DNA of 64,000 nt from assembly GCA_001804805.1 (NCBI GenBank), contig MHBH01000073.1, positions 94,539-158,538 of the forward strand. Direction: 5' to 3'. Below are positions 38,436-48,357 of the stretch, piece after piece. Positions within the stretch are counted from its first letter, which is position 1. Every line of letters begins with the position of its first letter. The notes under the pieces were generated by a model. The model was not told where the DNA came from, did not search any database, and saw only the letters and a program-made list of their open reading frames with translations. A program made the translations under genes and the position numbers. The stretch is from Lentisphaerae bacterium GWF2_49_21. Lineage in GTDB: Bacteria; Verrucomicrobiota; Lentisphaeria; Victivallales; GWF2-50-93.

Positions 38436-41400
38436 TCATTTCACCGTGATGGTCGTGCTTTCCGAGTTCGCGTGATTGGCCTGGTTGTAATATTCATAGA
38501 TCTTTGCGGAAGGAGCTTTGACCTTCAAAGGATATTTAGCCTTCAGGAAATATGAGAAACGCAAGGGAGACTGCGGCTGAAGCTCGCGGAAATAGATGAT
38601 GATCTGGCTGCCAGTGATCTCATATTTTGCGATCATTCCCAGTTCCAGGAGCTTTTCAAAGGAATCTTTCTCTACGCTGAATCCGGCAGGAATACCGAGA
38701 TCGACAATCACCATCATGATCTGTTTATCCGTATTGTTGCATACGGAGACCTTCGCCTCGAGCGTGTCGTTGACCGCCAGATCGCGCCTGTCGAAATCCA
38801 CATTGATGGACATCTCCTGTTTCATGGCGGAAGGGGACTGTTTCAAATCATCCGGCATCCAGTAGGAACCTGCAATCTGATAGGCAAGATCTCCTTCCGG
38901 TTCCTGCTGCAGTTCCACCTGGTTTGCGCCCTGGCGAAGATATTTGCCCAGATCAAGGAGGCGCATAACATCATTGTTCTCCTTTGTTATATCCAGCTTT
39001 TTCACATCGAGTCCATTTACCTTTACGGTTACTGCCGCTGCATAATTGTTCCTTGCGCTTCCACTGCCGTCGAGCAGTGCCCGCAATGCCAGGATCGTCG
39101 CCTGTGTCGAATCCCATCCTCCTCCGGAACATTTCTGCGCCGAGATCCACCTGAGCGCGTCCGCGACCTTCGTTGGGAAACGTCCGTCCTTGATGAGCGC
39201 GAGGGTGGTCAGCGCCGTGGTTTCAACATCATACCCGCTTCCGCGGGAATATGTCATGCTGCGGCCTGATGAGTTCCAGCAGATGCCTTTTCCGGCCGGC
39301 ACTGCGGAATTCGCAAGTTCTTCAGCATAAATCCTGCCTGCAGGATCGTTCGCATTGCAGGCGAGAAGCGCATTCGCGATCAATGCCTTGCCATAATTGT
39401 TGGTCCTTCCTTTTTCAGCCCTGAGATATTCAAGCGCCTTTTCGAGCTGGGATGATCTTTCTCCGGATTCCGCCAGCGCCCAGGCGATATATGCGGTGAT
39501 GGATTGGATATTCCCCCAGGTATATGCAGGTCTTTCCTCATTCCATGAGCCGTCGCTCTTCTGTTTGCTGTACAACCAGTCCTTTGTACGTTTGATGATC
39601 AAAGGATCAACGTAACGGACCTGCGCCATGTCGTTGAACTCCAGGATCGCATACGCCGAAAGGCTGATGTTTGCGGGGGCGTGCCCATACCAGTCGAATC
39701 CGCCGCCGCTGACTTCGAAGGTGAGCAGACGCTGATAGCCGGTGTCTATGAATTTCCTGGCCTTCATCTCGGTCTCAGGAGAGATCCGCTTGCTTTCCTT
39801 CATGTAGCGGAGGGCGAGTACGTTCGGGTATGTGACCGATGAAGTCTGTTCAAAACAGCCGTATGGCATCCTAAATATTGAATTCATCCCCTCGACAACT
39901 TCGCTGAAACGGCTCGGATAGAGCTTCAGGACAAGTCCCTCGGATCCCTGGATTATGTTTTCGGGGATCTGCAGGCTGAATGAGGAATTGCCGCGCAGCA
40001 CGTCGTTGCTTGCCTCCTCGATCCTGCGCCCTGTTGGAAGTATCCTGATCTCCCTTTCTATTGCGTCGGACTCCTTCTGCCCGATGGCGCGTAGAAGAAG
40101 TTTCCTATTGCCGATCTTCATGACCTTTATCGGAAATCCGACCGCCTTGACTTCGTTGGGCTGGAGGACGACTGTCCGAGTGAGTCCGGCATCATCTGCG
40201 GCTTCAAACCAGTCCGCGGCTTCCAGCTCAAGACGGATTGTCTGCGGGGAGTCCAGATAGTTGTAGCAAACGACAGGTGTAGATATGCGATCGCCGAGAG
40301 CAAGGCTGACCGGCAGATCAAGATCCGCGAAGAAGTCCTGGAAGACTTTTATGGGAATTCCGGCTCCTCCGAGTTTTCCATCGGATCCTATCGCATCGAA
40401 ATCCACACGCCAGGTCGTTATTGAATCTGCGAGAGGCATTTCTATTTCAGCCCTTCCCCTGGCATCCGTGATGATCTCCGGATTCCAGAAAAGCGTTTCG
40501 GGGAACCAACTCCTCACCCTTGCCGGAGCTCCGGAGGAACCTGTCTTGTCCGACGGGAACTTCATGCCTTCCTGTTCGGCCATGTTCATTGCGAGTCCGA
40601 TCTGCTTGAGATCGCTGGACAGGCTTATCCTCCTCGACTTTTCCCTGGCCTGGCTCAACGCAGGAAGCATCATCCCGGCAAGTATTGCCAATACTGCTAT
40701 GACGACGAGCACTTGCAGCAATAAACTGACTCCGCTCGTTTCCTCTTTTGCCGGAAATCCAAGCATTGTGGACAGTTCAGACTTGCCTTTGTCTATGAAG
40801 GACATGACGATTAACGGTGCGACAAAAGAGCCTATTAACAGGAAAAAGCTGAAATAAAAGTTGTTTGCCGGAAGGATTTCAAGGACTATCAGTACCAGGA
40901 GGATCTGGAAGACGGCGAACTGGATGATATATGCGATTGCGCAGGTTATGAGTTCATTGCGGCAGTCCATGAACCTTGCTTCGATTTTCAAGGCGGAGAC
41001 AATGTTGATGATTGGAATCGACAAAGCTGCCAGGACAAAAGCATTGAAGGCTGAAATTACGACTATGATCAATTTGCCGTCAAGATTTATCTGGGACAGG
41101 GCAATCCCAAGGAACGGGTAGGAAAGCATGCACAGGATAAATTGGATTGTAAGATTCCATTTGAGCTTTTCATAGAGATCAATCAGAAGCCTTGCCTCCT
41201 CTGAAATTATCCTGCCATGACTTGGTCCTATTGCCTTTCTTTTCATCTTTTTAGAATTGTAGATTGCAATACCTACAAATACCAGGAACGGAGAAACGGC
41301 CAGGCATACACCGAGGATATTCATGAGAGCGTCCTTGCGTTTCTTCTCGAGAACCTCCTTTATCGGAGCGGTATTGATCTTGTATTTGCTGTTTTTCCCC

Positions 41401-43502
41401 TCGAGGATCTCCAGCATCCTGAGCTGGTCCGGATCCGATATGAAAGTTCTTGGATCTGCGGTCAAGCTGTTTTTCAAATCCTTGCTTCTTTTTATGAAAT
41501 CTTCTGAGATATATCCCTGCTCGACCAGCTTCTCGAGAGTTCCATTTATATTGTTGTTCTGGCTGGAGGCAGCCATAAGCAGGCAGGTGCTTGCCATGTC
41601 CTGGTCTGCTTTTGGATTTGAAAGCAGTTTCAGAGGAGATGCGAAAATCTTTATCTGGTATCTCGGTTCAAGGAGGCTTTTGTTGAGCTCGAAGATCTGT
41701 TTCAGGAAACCCGGCTCCCCGTCCTCCACATGGAATACGCTTTCATCAACTGCGGCAGCGCCCAGCGCAGCCTGGACGGCCTTTCCGTCCGGATCAGTGA
41801 CCTCCACCTGGATCTTCGCAGTTCCTCCGGGCGTATAGATCTTGCTGTCCGGTACTGCGCTGATGCGAAGTCCGGATGCAGCGTTCACATAGAGCATGCG
41901 GCTCAGTCCGCGGTCTTCGCCTTTTAAACCAATGACATATGCGTCGACCTGGAGCAGTCCGCTGAAGTCGGCGGATACAGGGATTAACTGTTCCCCGCGG
42001 CCGTTCCTGATCTCGACCGAACGTGTCAGCAGAGTCTGCCCGTTCTTTACAACGTCGATGAATACCTCCCTCACCGTCGGTTCCGCGAGTATGGACAGCC
42101 TGGCAGTCTCCCCTACGCGGTATGATGCCTTGTCCGGACGGAATATGAACGATGGCGACATGAAGCCAGGCGCTGCAAGAGACAGTTTTCCCCGGAGCCC
42201 TTTTTTGTCGGAGGCGATGATCTCAAAGCCTGAATCTTCATTTTTTGGAGTCAGCTTTATTACAGCAAATCCGTTTTCACCGGTCTTGAATCTATTCCCA
42301 TTGATGCGAAGTTCGCAGTCGGCAGGCGAACCGTCAGGATAGGCTGTTGCGACATAGACCTGGTTTTCAAGTCCCTTGACAAGGGTTCCGCCTTCCGGAA
42401 ATGCGATGACTTCGATCTCGTTTTCACTGACTGTCAGGGACAGGGTCCTTTTTTCAGTATGTGAGGCGGTGTCCGTAACGGAGATCTCAAGTTCAAGGAA
42501 TGCATTTCCCTGTTTGACAGGCATTCCGGTGAAATTTCCGGGCAATTGAATCTGGAAGGAAAGGCGGCCGGAGGAATCGGTCATGCCCTTGGCTTTTCCT
42601 ATATCAACTGGTTTTTCCTGGAGAGTCCGTGCTATTGCTGCTACCTGCGCACCTCCTGCAGGCTTTCCGAAGAAATACACCGCTTCGATGTCGCAATTGA
42701 CCTTTTCACCCGGCCGGTAATAATTCTTGTCGGAACTGGCGGTAATTTTAAATTTTGGAAGGACATAGTGTTTGACCTCGACTGTTTTTTCCGACGTGGA
42801 ACCATTGCACTCGGCCTTCAGCTTGTAACGTCCAGTGTTGACAAGGGAGGCAAGCTCGAACTCCCCGGCGGTGATACCGAACTTTGAACTGTTTAATTCC
42901 TTCCTGTAGACCTTGTTCCCCTTCGGATCTGATATTTCAAACGTAATCTTTTCACCGGGCAGAGGCTTCAGATTCTGGCTGTTGCAGATCAACGACTTGA
43001 ACAGGATCACCTGTCCAGGTTGGTATATCGGCTTGTCGCTGCTCAGGAATATCCTGGCTGGAGCACCCATATGTACTTTGTTTGCAACTCTGTCATATCC
43101 GAGCCAGGAGCTTGTTTCGACGACAAGTTCATAATCTCCGGGCTTGATGGCCGGGATCCGGATTCTTCCATCGACGGATCCCCTGGCATCAGTTTTGAAT
43201 TTCCCCAGTTCCGTCTCATCATTTTTCCTTGTCAGCGAAATCCGCACTTCTGCGTTTTCAAGCGCATTGCCAGTTTTCCTGTCCCTTACAACAATCCTGA
43301 CAGCCGAATCAGAATCGGGGGACATTTCTGTATCGAGGTAGACTATCGTCTGCTGCATGTCCTGGCATATGAACGTCCTGTAGGCACACCAGAGACAGAG
43401 AAGGACAAGGATGACAGCAAATGACAGTTTCCATTTAAATCCGACCTTTTTTATGTCTGTTTTTCCGGCAGATTCCGCCTCAATATTGGTACCTTTTTCC
43501 AT
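38436..43502 (-). CDS. Giant (1688 aa) alpha-2-macroglobulin-like protein with an internal polytopic membrane block and an embedded pilin-like helix
   Basis: N-terminal TM anchor. About 700 aa of beta-rich MG-like domains. At about aa 720-960 there are at least 5 hydrophobic helices. The segment SLLLQVLVVIAVLAILAGMMLPALSQAREKSRRISLSSDLKQIGLA is homologous to the N-terminus of the DUF1559 proteins in this window. The C-terminus holds a thioester-type motif, GCFEQTSS, in an alpha/alpha-toroid-like TED region. Confidence 0.7.
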   Translation of the reverse strand: MEKGTNIEAESAGKTDIKKVGFKWKLSFAVILVLLCLWCAYRTFICQDMQQTIVYLDTEMSPDSDSAVRIVVRDRKTGNALENAEVRISLTRKNDETELGKFKTDARGSVDGRIRIPAIKPGDYELVVETSSWLGYDRVANKVHMGAPARIFLSSDKPIYQPGQVILFKSLICNSQNLKPLPGEKITFEISDPKGNKVYRKELNSSKFGITAGEFELASLVNTGRYKLKAECNGSTSEKTVEVKHYVLPKFKITASSDKNYYRPGEKVNCDIEAVYFFGKPAGGAQVAAIARTLQEKPVDIGKAKGMTDSSGRLSFQIQLPGNFTGMPVKQGNAFLELEISVTDTASHTEKRTLSLTVSENEIEVIAFPEGGTLVKGLENQVYVATAYPDGSPADCELRINGNRFKTGENGFAVIKLTPKNEDSGFEIIASDKKGLRGKLSLAAPGFMSPSFIFRPDKASYRVGETARLSILAEPTVREVFIDVVKNGQTLLTRSVEIRNGRGEQLIPVSADFSGLLQVDAYVIGLKGEDRGLSRMLYVNAASGLRISAVPDSKIYTPGGTAKIQVEVTDPDGKAVQAALGAAAVDESVFHVEDGEPGFLKQIFELNKSLLEPRYQIKIFASPLKLLSNPKADQDMASTCLLMAASSQNNNINGTLEKLVEQGYISEDFIKRSKDLKNSLTADPRTFISDPDQLRMLEILEGKNSKYKINTAPIKEVLEKKRKDALMNILGVCLAVSPFLVFVGIAIYNSKKMKRKAIGPSHGRIISEEARLLIDLYEKLKWNLTIQFILCMLSYPFLGIALSQINLDGKLIIVVISAFNAFVLAALSIPIINIVSALKIEARFMDCRNELITCAIAYIIQFAVFQILLVLIVLEILPANNFYFSFFLLIGSFVAPLIVMSFIDKGKSELSTMLGFPAKEETSGVSLLLQVLVVIAVLAILAGMMLPALSQAREKSRRISLSSDLKQIGLAMNMAEQEGMKFPSDKTGSSGAPARVRSWFPETLFWNPEIITDARGRAEIEMPLADSITTWRVDFDAIGSDGKLGGAGIPIKVFQDFFADLDLPVSLALGDRISTPVVCYNYLDSPQTIRLELEAADWFEAADDAGLTRTVVLQPNEVKAVGFPIKVMKIGNRKLLLRAIGQKESDAIEREIRILPTGRRIEEASNDVLRGNSSFSLQIPENIIQGSEGLVLKLYPSRFSEVVEGMNSIFRMPYGCFEQTSSVTYPNVLALRYMKESKRISPETEMKARKFIDTGYQRLLTFEVSGGGFDWYGHAPANISLSAYAILEFNDMAQVRYVDPLIIKRTKDWLYSKQKSDGSWNEERPAYTWGNIQSITAYIAWALAESGERSSQLEKALEYLRAEKGRTNNYGKALIANALLACNANDPAGRIYAEELANSAVPAGKGICWNSSGRSMTYSRGSGYDVETTALTTLALIKDGRFPTKVADALRWISAQKCSGGGWDSTQATILALRALLDGSGSARNNYAAAVTVKVNGLDVKKLDITKENNDVMRLLDLGKYLRQGANQVELQQEPEGDLAYQIAGSYWMPDDLKQSPSAMKQEMSINVDFDRRDLAVNDTLEAKVSVCNNTDKQIMMVIVDLGIPAGFSVEKDSFEKLLELGMIAKYEITGSQIIIYFRELQPQSPLRFSYFLKAKYPLKVKAPSAKIYEYYNQANHANSESTTITVK

Positions 43503-43746
43503 TTTGACACCCCTCTTTTAGATAAATTATCAAATACTATCATATACTATTATACAATATCATATATCCATTTCAAGTATCATTCGCTAATTTTATTCAA
43601 AATCTTCTTGTTTGGGGTACTTTAGCCTCAAATAACTGAGCTGTTCAACATTAAATACCCCGGTAAGTCTTGAGATTGTCTTGATAATTGATTCCTTGTG
43701 GATTCTCTTAAAAAACGCTCAAAATTTAAAGACGATGACGAATCAT

Positions 43747-44193
43747 ATGAATATGAAGAAGGCAGGACAAATAAAGATCCGCAAAATGATCATCAGCGAC
43801 TATTCCGGAGTATTCGTACTCTGGAAGAACATGCCCGGAATCGGACTAGATAAAGACTGTGATTCGAAAAAGGGGATAAAGGACTATCTCAAGAGAAATC
43901 CAGGACTGAGCTTTGTCGCCTGCGATGGGAAGAAGATCGTCGGGACAGTGCTTTCCGGACACGACGGCAGGCGTGGCTACCTGCATCATCTTGCAATGGT
44001 AGCCTCGTATCGTAAACTTGGCATTGGAAAGGAATTGGTCGAATGCTGCCTGAAAGGACTGGCCCGTCAGAATATCCCGAAATGCAACATTTTCCTGTTC
44101 AAAAGCAATGCCAGCGGAAGATCTTTCTGGAAGCATAACGGTTGGAATTTGAGGCAGGATCTATCCATAATGCAGAAGGAGACAAGGAGATAA
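43747..44193 (+). CDS. GNAT-family N-acetyltransferase
   Basis: Starts MNMKKAGQIKIRKM… with the acetyl-CoA motif RRGYLHHLAV…RKLGIGKEL. Confidence 0.75.
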   Translation: MNMKKAGQIKIRKMIISDYSGVFVLWKNMPGIGLDKDCDSKKGIKDYLKRNPGLSFVACDGKKIVGTVLSGHDGRRGYLHHLAMVASYRKLGIGKELVECCLKGLARQNIPKCNIFLFKSNASGRSFWKHNGWNLRQDLSIMQKETRR

Positions 44194-44652
44194 ATGCAGA
44201 TACTCGTAGATGCCGACGCTTTTCCGAAAGACATCCAGGAAATTGTATTCCGGGCGGTGGAACGTGTCCGCATACCAATGATCCTGGTTTCCAACAAGCG
44301 TGTGAAGCATCCCCATTCCGAACTAATATCTAGGATCATGGTGGGGGAGGGACCAGATGTGGCGGACGACAAAATCGTCGAGTTGGTCCAAGATGGAGAT
44401 CTGGTGATTACCGCCGACATACCGCTTGCCTCACGTGTGATAGACAAGGGTGCGTTTGCGATTGATCCGCGAGGGGAACTCTATACAAAATCAAATGTGA
44501 AGCACCGGCTGGCAATGCGGGATCTGATGAAGGAACTCCGCCAGGAGGGAGAGATCACCGGCGGACCATCGGCATTCAGCAGGCGGAACGTCCAGTCATT
44601 CGCGAACGAATTTGACAAGTTCCTGACGAAGCATATTTTTAAACGAGTTTAA
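44194..44652 (+). CDS. YaiI/YqgV (UPF0178, DUF188) family protein
   Basis: MQILVDADAFPKDIQEIV…LVSN…ITAD matches the UPF0178 pattern. Confidence 0.7.
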   Translation: MQILVDADAFPKDIQEIVFRAVERVRIPMILVSNKRVKHPHSELISRIMVGEGPDVADDKIVELVQDGDLVITADIPLASRVIDKGAFAIDPRGELYTKSNVKHRLAMRDLMKELRQEGEITGGPSAFSRRNVQSFANEFDKFLTKHIFKRV

Positions 44653-44673
44653 AAATATAAATGGAGGTTTTTT

Positions 44674-45465
44674 ATGGAATATGCACAGATGGGGAAGCTA
44701 AAAGTGAGCAGGTACATTCTCGGAACTAACCAGTTCAGCGGATTTTCGCATTGGAGTCTGGAGAAGGATCTTGAGATGAAACGCTATTACACCATGGAAA
44801 AGATCAAGCAGACTCTCCATGAGGCTGAAGCACTAGGTATCAACACAATGATCGGGCGTACGGACAACTTCGTCATGAGGGTACTTCTCGAATACTGGGA
44901 CCAGGGAGGGAAGATCCAGTGGTTCGGTCAGACCTGCTCGGAATTTGCCACTCACGCGACAAGCATCAACAATGCCGCTTCCGGCGGTGCGAAGGCCTGC
45001 CAGATCCATGGTGGTGTGATGGACTATCTACTCGCCCAGAAAAAGACTGACGAGGTCCAGCCGGCTATCGACCTGATCCGCAAGAAAGGTATGCTTGCCG
45101 GAATTGCCGGACACAACCCCAAGGTTTTCGAATGGGCGGAGAAGAACTTGGATGTCGACTATTACATGTGCTGCTACTATGATGCATCCAACCGCAGCAA
45201 CAATGCAGGACATGTCCACGGTTCGGAGGAGGTATTCGACAACAAGGACCGCGACATCATGACCAAGCTGATAAAGACCCTTTCAAAGCCGGTCATCCAT
45301 TACAAGATCATGGGTGCCGGAAGGAACGATCCGAAGGAGGCATTCCAGTTCGCCGCCAAATGCATGCGCAAGAACGACACCGCCTGCGTCGGTGTCTACA
45401 CCAAGGATGATCCGGACATGATCAAGAAAGGCGTGGATCTGCTGTTGTCGAATCTCAAGAAATAA
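44674..45465 (+). CDS. Hypothetical protein; the N-terminus weakly resembles an aldo/keto reductase
   Basis: MGKLKVSRYILGTNQFSGFSH resembles the AKR N-terminal LGKTGLxVSxLGLGTWQFGG pattern. The rest could not be assigned. Confidence 0.35.
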   Translation: MEYAQMGKLKVSRYILGTNQFSGFSHWSLEKDLEMKRYYTMEKIKQTLHEAEALGINTMIGRTDNFVMRVLLEYWDQGGKIQWFGQTCSEFATHATSINNAASGGAKACQIHGGVMDYLLAQKKTDEVQPAIDLIRKKGMLAGIAGHNPKVFEWAEKNLDVDYYMCCYYDASNRSNNAGHVHGSEEVFDNKDRDIMTKLIKTLSKPVIHYKIMGAGRNDPKEAFQFAAKCMRKNDTACVGVYTKDDPDMIKKGVDLLLSNLKK

Positions 45466-45512
45466 TTGATTGTTCCGATATCAAATGATTTTATTATGAG
45501 AAAGGATAAGCC

Positions 45513-46085
45513 ATGAAAAGAATAATCTGCCTGATTGCTTTTGTGTCTTGTTTTCTTGCCTATTCCGAGTCAACCAATAAAATCGCAGCTGACGGATTTC
45601 CAGCAGGGCAAGGCACGCCTGAAGGGGTTGCCTGCGATGCCGTAAGATCTTATATAAATTCAGATCATGAATTATGGCTGTCGACACTGGCCCCTACTTT
45701 CTTATACGGAGATAAGAATAACGAGAAGGGCGCTGAAGCTCTTAAGAAATATGAAGATTTTAAAGAAGTTATGGTCGAGAAGAACAAGCAGAACGCAAAA
45801 GATCCCAAATTCCCCAAGATGAAGATCGTAAAAGTTTTCAAAGCGAGGAATTTCACAAAGAATGGCCCGGGATCGATGGCATATGCCTTGTTTGAATTCA
45901 CTGGAAACATGTTTGTTGATATCCTGGTGGATCAAGGTGGAGAAAAGCCATTCAGGGCCAGATATCATGTGATGCAGGACAAGGATAAGAAATGGTACTT
46001 TGAACCGCGTCCCGACATGATGCCTTTTCTATCAATGGGATTGAATGAGGAATCTGAATCCACCGAGGAATGGAAGAAGGAATGA
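45513..46085 (+). CDS. Secreted hypothetical protein
   Basis: Signal peptide MKRIICLIAFVSCFLAYS, then 170 aa of hydrophilic sequence. Confidence 0.5.
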   Translation: MKRIICLIAFVSCFLAYSESTNKIAADGFPAGQGTPEGVACDAVRSYINSDHELWLSTLAPTFLYGDKNNEKGAEALKKYEDFKEVMVEKNKQNAKDPKFPKMKIVKVFKARNFTKNGPGSMAYALFEFTGNMFVDILVDQGGEKPFRARYHVMQDKDKKWYFEPRPDMMPFLSMGLNEESESTEEWKKE

Positions 46086-46222
46086 GAAACAAGTATTGTT
46101 AGAATATCCACGAAATTATTGATTATAAAAAAGCGGCGCGTACACGCCGCACTCCGAAAGTCAGGCCGAAGAGCCTGACATAAAGACAATCCAGCCTAAA
46201 CGAGAAGACTTCTACATAGAAA

Positions 46223-46233
46223 TGTAAGTTACA
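46223..46233 (+). promoter_or_regulatory. LacI-type palindromic operator candidate tgtaaGttaca (site 1 upstream of the regulator gene)
   Basis: 11-bp odd palindrome. The same motif recurs at 46298, 56364 and 56453. Confidence 0.55.
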
Positions 46234-46297
46234 TAAGGAAAATGAGGAAATACTTCAATAGGCCAATTGACAAAGGAGGATGAAAGAATATAATAGC

Positions 46298-46308
46298 TGT
46301 AACTTACA
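46298..46308 (+). promoter_or_regulatory. LacI-type palindromic operator candidate tgtaaCttaca (site 2, 15 bp upstream of the regulator ATG)
   Basis: Reverse complement of site 1. Flanked as gctgtaacttacagtaa. Confidence 0.55.
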
Positions 46309-46322
46309 GTAATAAAAATGGG

Positions 46323-47450
46323 ATGCCTATGAAGAAAAGCATATATGACATCGCGAAGATGGCTGGCGTTTCCACCGCGACAGTGTCCCGCGTAATGAAC
46401 AACACCGACCAGATCAGCGAAGCCACCAGGACCTCAGTCCTGAAGGCCATCAGGGACGCGAACTATGTGCCCCGCGGAAGCGGCAATGCAAGAACAAGAA
46501 GGAAATCCCCTGACTCCTTTGGAAATTCAGGTGGCACCTTTGAACTGCTTTTCTGCTTCAGCCACGGAGGAGAACGCCTGCATGTCGACGAAAGTAAAAT
46601 CGAAGTGCAGGAATTCAAACACATACCCCCGGAGGAGTTCGTGTCAGGAAGCTCCTTCTACAGGCCGATCAGCGACGGTGCTATCGACGAGGCGAGGAAA
46701 TTCGGATTCAAGACCATAATGCACTGCATCCGGAAGGACGCTCTGAACAGCGCGGAACTCATCCAGTCGCTCTACGACGACAAAATATCAGGTCTTCTTC
46801 TTGCAGGAGAACAGCCTGACGGACTTGCAGAATTCCTGAAGAACTTCAAGCTGCCTGTCATTCTCGTGGACATGATGGCCGGCAACGGCGCCGTGGAAGT
46901 CACCACCGACAATCTGGAAGGCATATCGCAGGCTTTTGAGCATGTCTATTCCCTCGGACACAGGAAGATAGGGTTCATGATTGGAGACGACAGTGTTCCG
47001 GCCTACCGGGAGAGACATCTTTCATTCGTATATAAGATGGCGGAAAAGGGGCTGAAGGTGAAGGAGGAATGGGTATACAGGGGAACGAACCACATAACTG
47101 ATGCAGCCGAATGGGGCATGAAGTTCTTCAAGCGCCGGGATCTGCCCACCGCCTTTCTCTGTACGAACGACTATTGTGCGCTGGGATTGCTCCGGGCGGC
47201 GTTCAAGAATGGAGTCAGGATTCCTGAAGATCTGAGCATTGTCGGATTCGACGACATGGAGACTTCAAGCCTGGTTACCCCTACGCTTACGACTGTGAAT
47301 GTGGCGAAGTCGGAGATTGGACGCTTTTCCGCAAGGGAACTTATCGTCTCATTGAAAAACGGGAGAAGGCCTTCAAATGCCCCGCAATGCCGTGTTCATC
47401 TTAAACCCAGTCTTGTGAAACGTGAATCCACTGCAGCGGTGAAGAAGTAG
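46323..47450 (+). CDS. LacI-family transcriptional regulator
   Basis: N-terminal [24 protein letters not shown], then a periplasmic-binding-protein-like sugar-binding core. Candidate operators lie upstream. Confidence 0.8.
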   Translation: MPMKKSIYDIAKMAGVSTATVSRVMNNTDQISEATRTSVLKAIRDANYVPRGSGNARTRRKSPDSFGNSGGTFELLFCFSHGGERLHVDESKIEVQEFKHIPPEEFVSGSSFYRPISDGAIDEARKFGFKTIMHCIRKDALNSAELIQSLYDDKISGLLLAGEQPDGLAEFLKNFKLPVILVDMMAGNGAVEVTTDNLEGISQAFEHVYSLGHRKIGFMIGDDSVPAYRERHLSFVYKMAEKGLKVKEEWVYRGTNHITDAAEWGMKFFKRRDLPTAFLCTNDYCALGLLRAAFKNGVRIPEDLSIVGFDDMETSSLVTPTLTTVNVAKSEIGRFSARELIVSLKNGRRPSNAPQCRVHLKPSLVKRESTAAVKK

Positions 47451-47458
47451 AGGGCTAC

Positions 47459-48289
47459 ATGGAAAATTTGAAATTTAAAATCGGAAATCGGCAATCCCAC
47501 TTCGCCCGAGGAGCTTCGAGGGACAGGTCGGCAATTGGCAATGCATTCACCCTTATCGAGCTCCTGGTCGTCATTGCGATCATCGCAATTCTCTGTGCGC
47601 TGCTTCTTCCCGCCCTCGGCCGCGCGAAACTGGTCGCACGAAGCATTGCGTGCTTGAGCAACATCAAACAGCTTGGAGTCTGGGGTCTCTCATATGGTGC
47701 CGACTATGATGGATATCTTCCATATAACGGACAGAAATGGCCATGCTCCTTTGAAGGATACGATGATGGCAGTTCCGGCTGGAGCGATACATCCAAATGC
47801 TCCCTGACGATTTCAGGCAAGACCGACGACACTGTCATGCACTGCCCCCAGACCAGCACGGCAATCGGGAAAACTTTGACCGGCGGCAAAGGCTGCCATT
47901 ATAGTCTGAATGCAAGGCTCGGAGCCGTGGGTTCACCAAACGCGGTGACACACTGGCCATATCCGCACATATCAAAACTGACCGAGAAGAAATTCTGGTT
48001 CGCCGATGGAGCCCTGCGTTACCGCCCAAGTGCAAGTCCGAAGGAGATCGCAATACAGTCGGCTATGATGTTCGACTACTGGGACAGCAACCCCCTCTGG
48101 GACGGCATGAAGCTGCCGTGGATGTGGTACAACGAATACTATAAAGTGACCGGGGCCGGAGGCCCTGTCCCGTTTGTTACACATCCTGGAGGTGCGAATT
48201 TTGTCTTTGGAGACGGACATGCGGAGGCGGTAAGATATTTATCCTATTACAATATGTCGGCTGCTGAAAAAAATGCATTCTATAAGTAA
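47459..48289 (+). CDS. DUF1559 (H-X9-DG) protein with a type IV pilin-like N-terminal helix
   Basis: …[30 protein letters not shown]…, and a C-terminal [13 protein letters not shown] (H-X9-DG). Confidence 0.8.
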   Translation: MENLKFKIGNRQSHFARGASRDRSAIGNAFTLIELLVVIAIIAILCALLLPALGRAKLVARSIACLSNIKQLGVWGLSYGADYDGYLPYNGQKWPCSFEGYDDGSSGWSDTSKCSLTISGKTDDTVMHCPQTSTAIGKTLTGGKGCHYSLNARLGAVGSPNAVTHWPYPHISKLTEKKFWFADGALRYRPSASPKEIAIQSAMMFDYWDSNPLWDGMKLPWMWYNEYYKVTGAGGPVPFVTHPGGANFVFGDGHAEAVRYLSYYNMSAAEKNAFYK

Positions 48290-48357
48290 GGCGGCGTTTT
48301 AACCCGCCTATCAAATGCCGGGCTAAAGCCCAACATACATAAAAACAGGAGAAATGA

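Noticed and set aside
44674-45465. Confident aldo/keto reductase call
   Set aside because: Only the first 20 residues resemble the AKR N-terminal motif. The protein is 50-70 aa shorter than AKRs and the catalytic tetrad could not be identified. It is kept as hypothetical.
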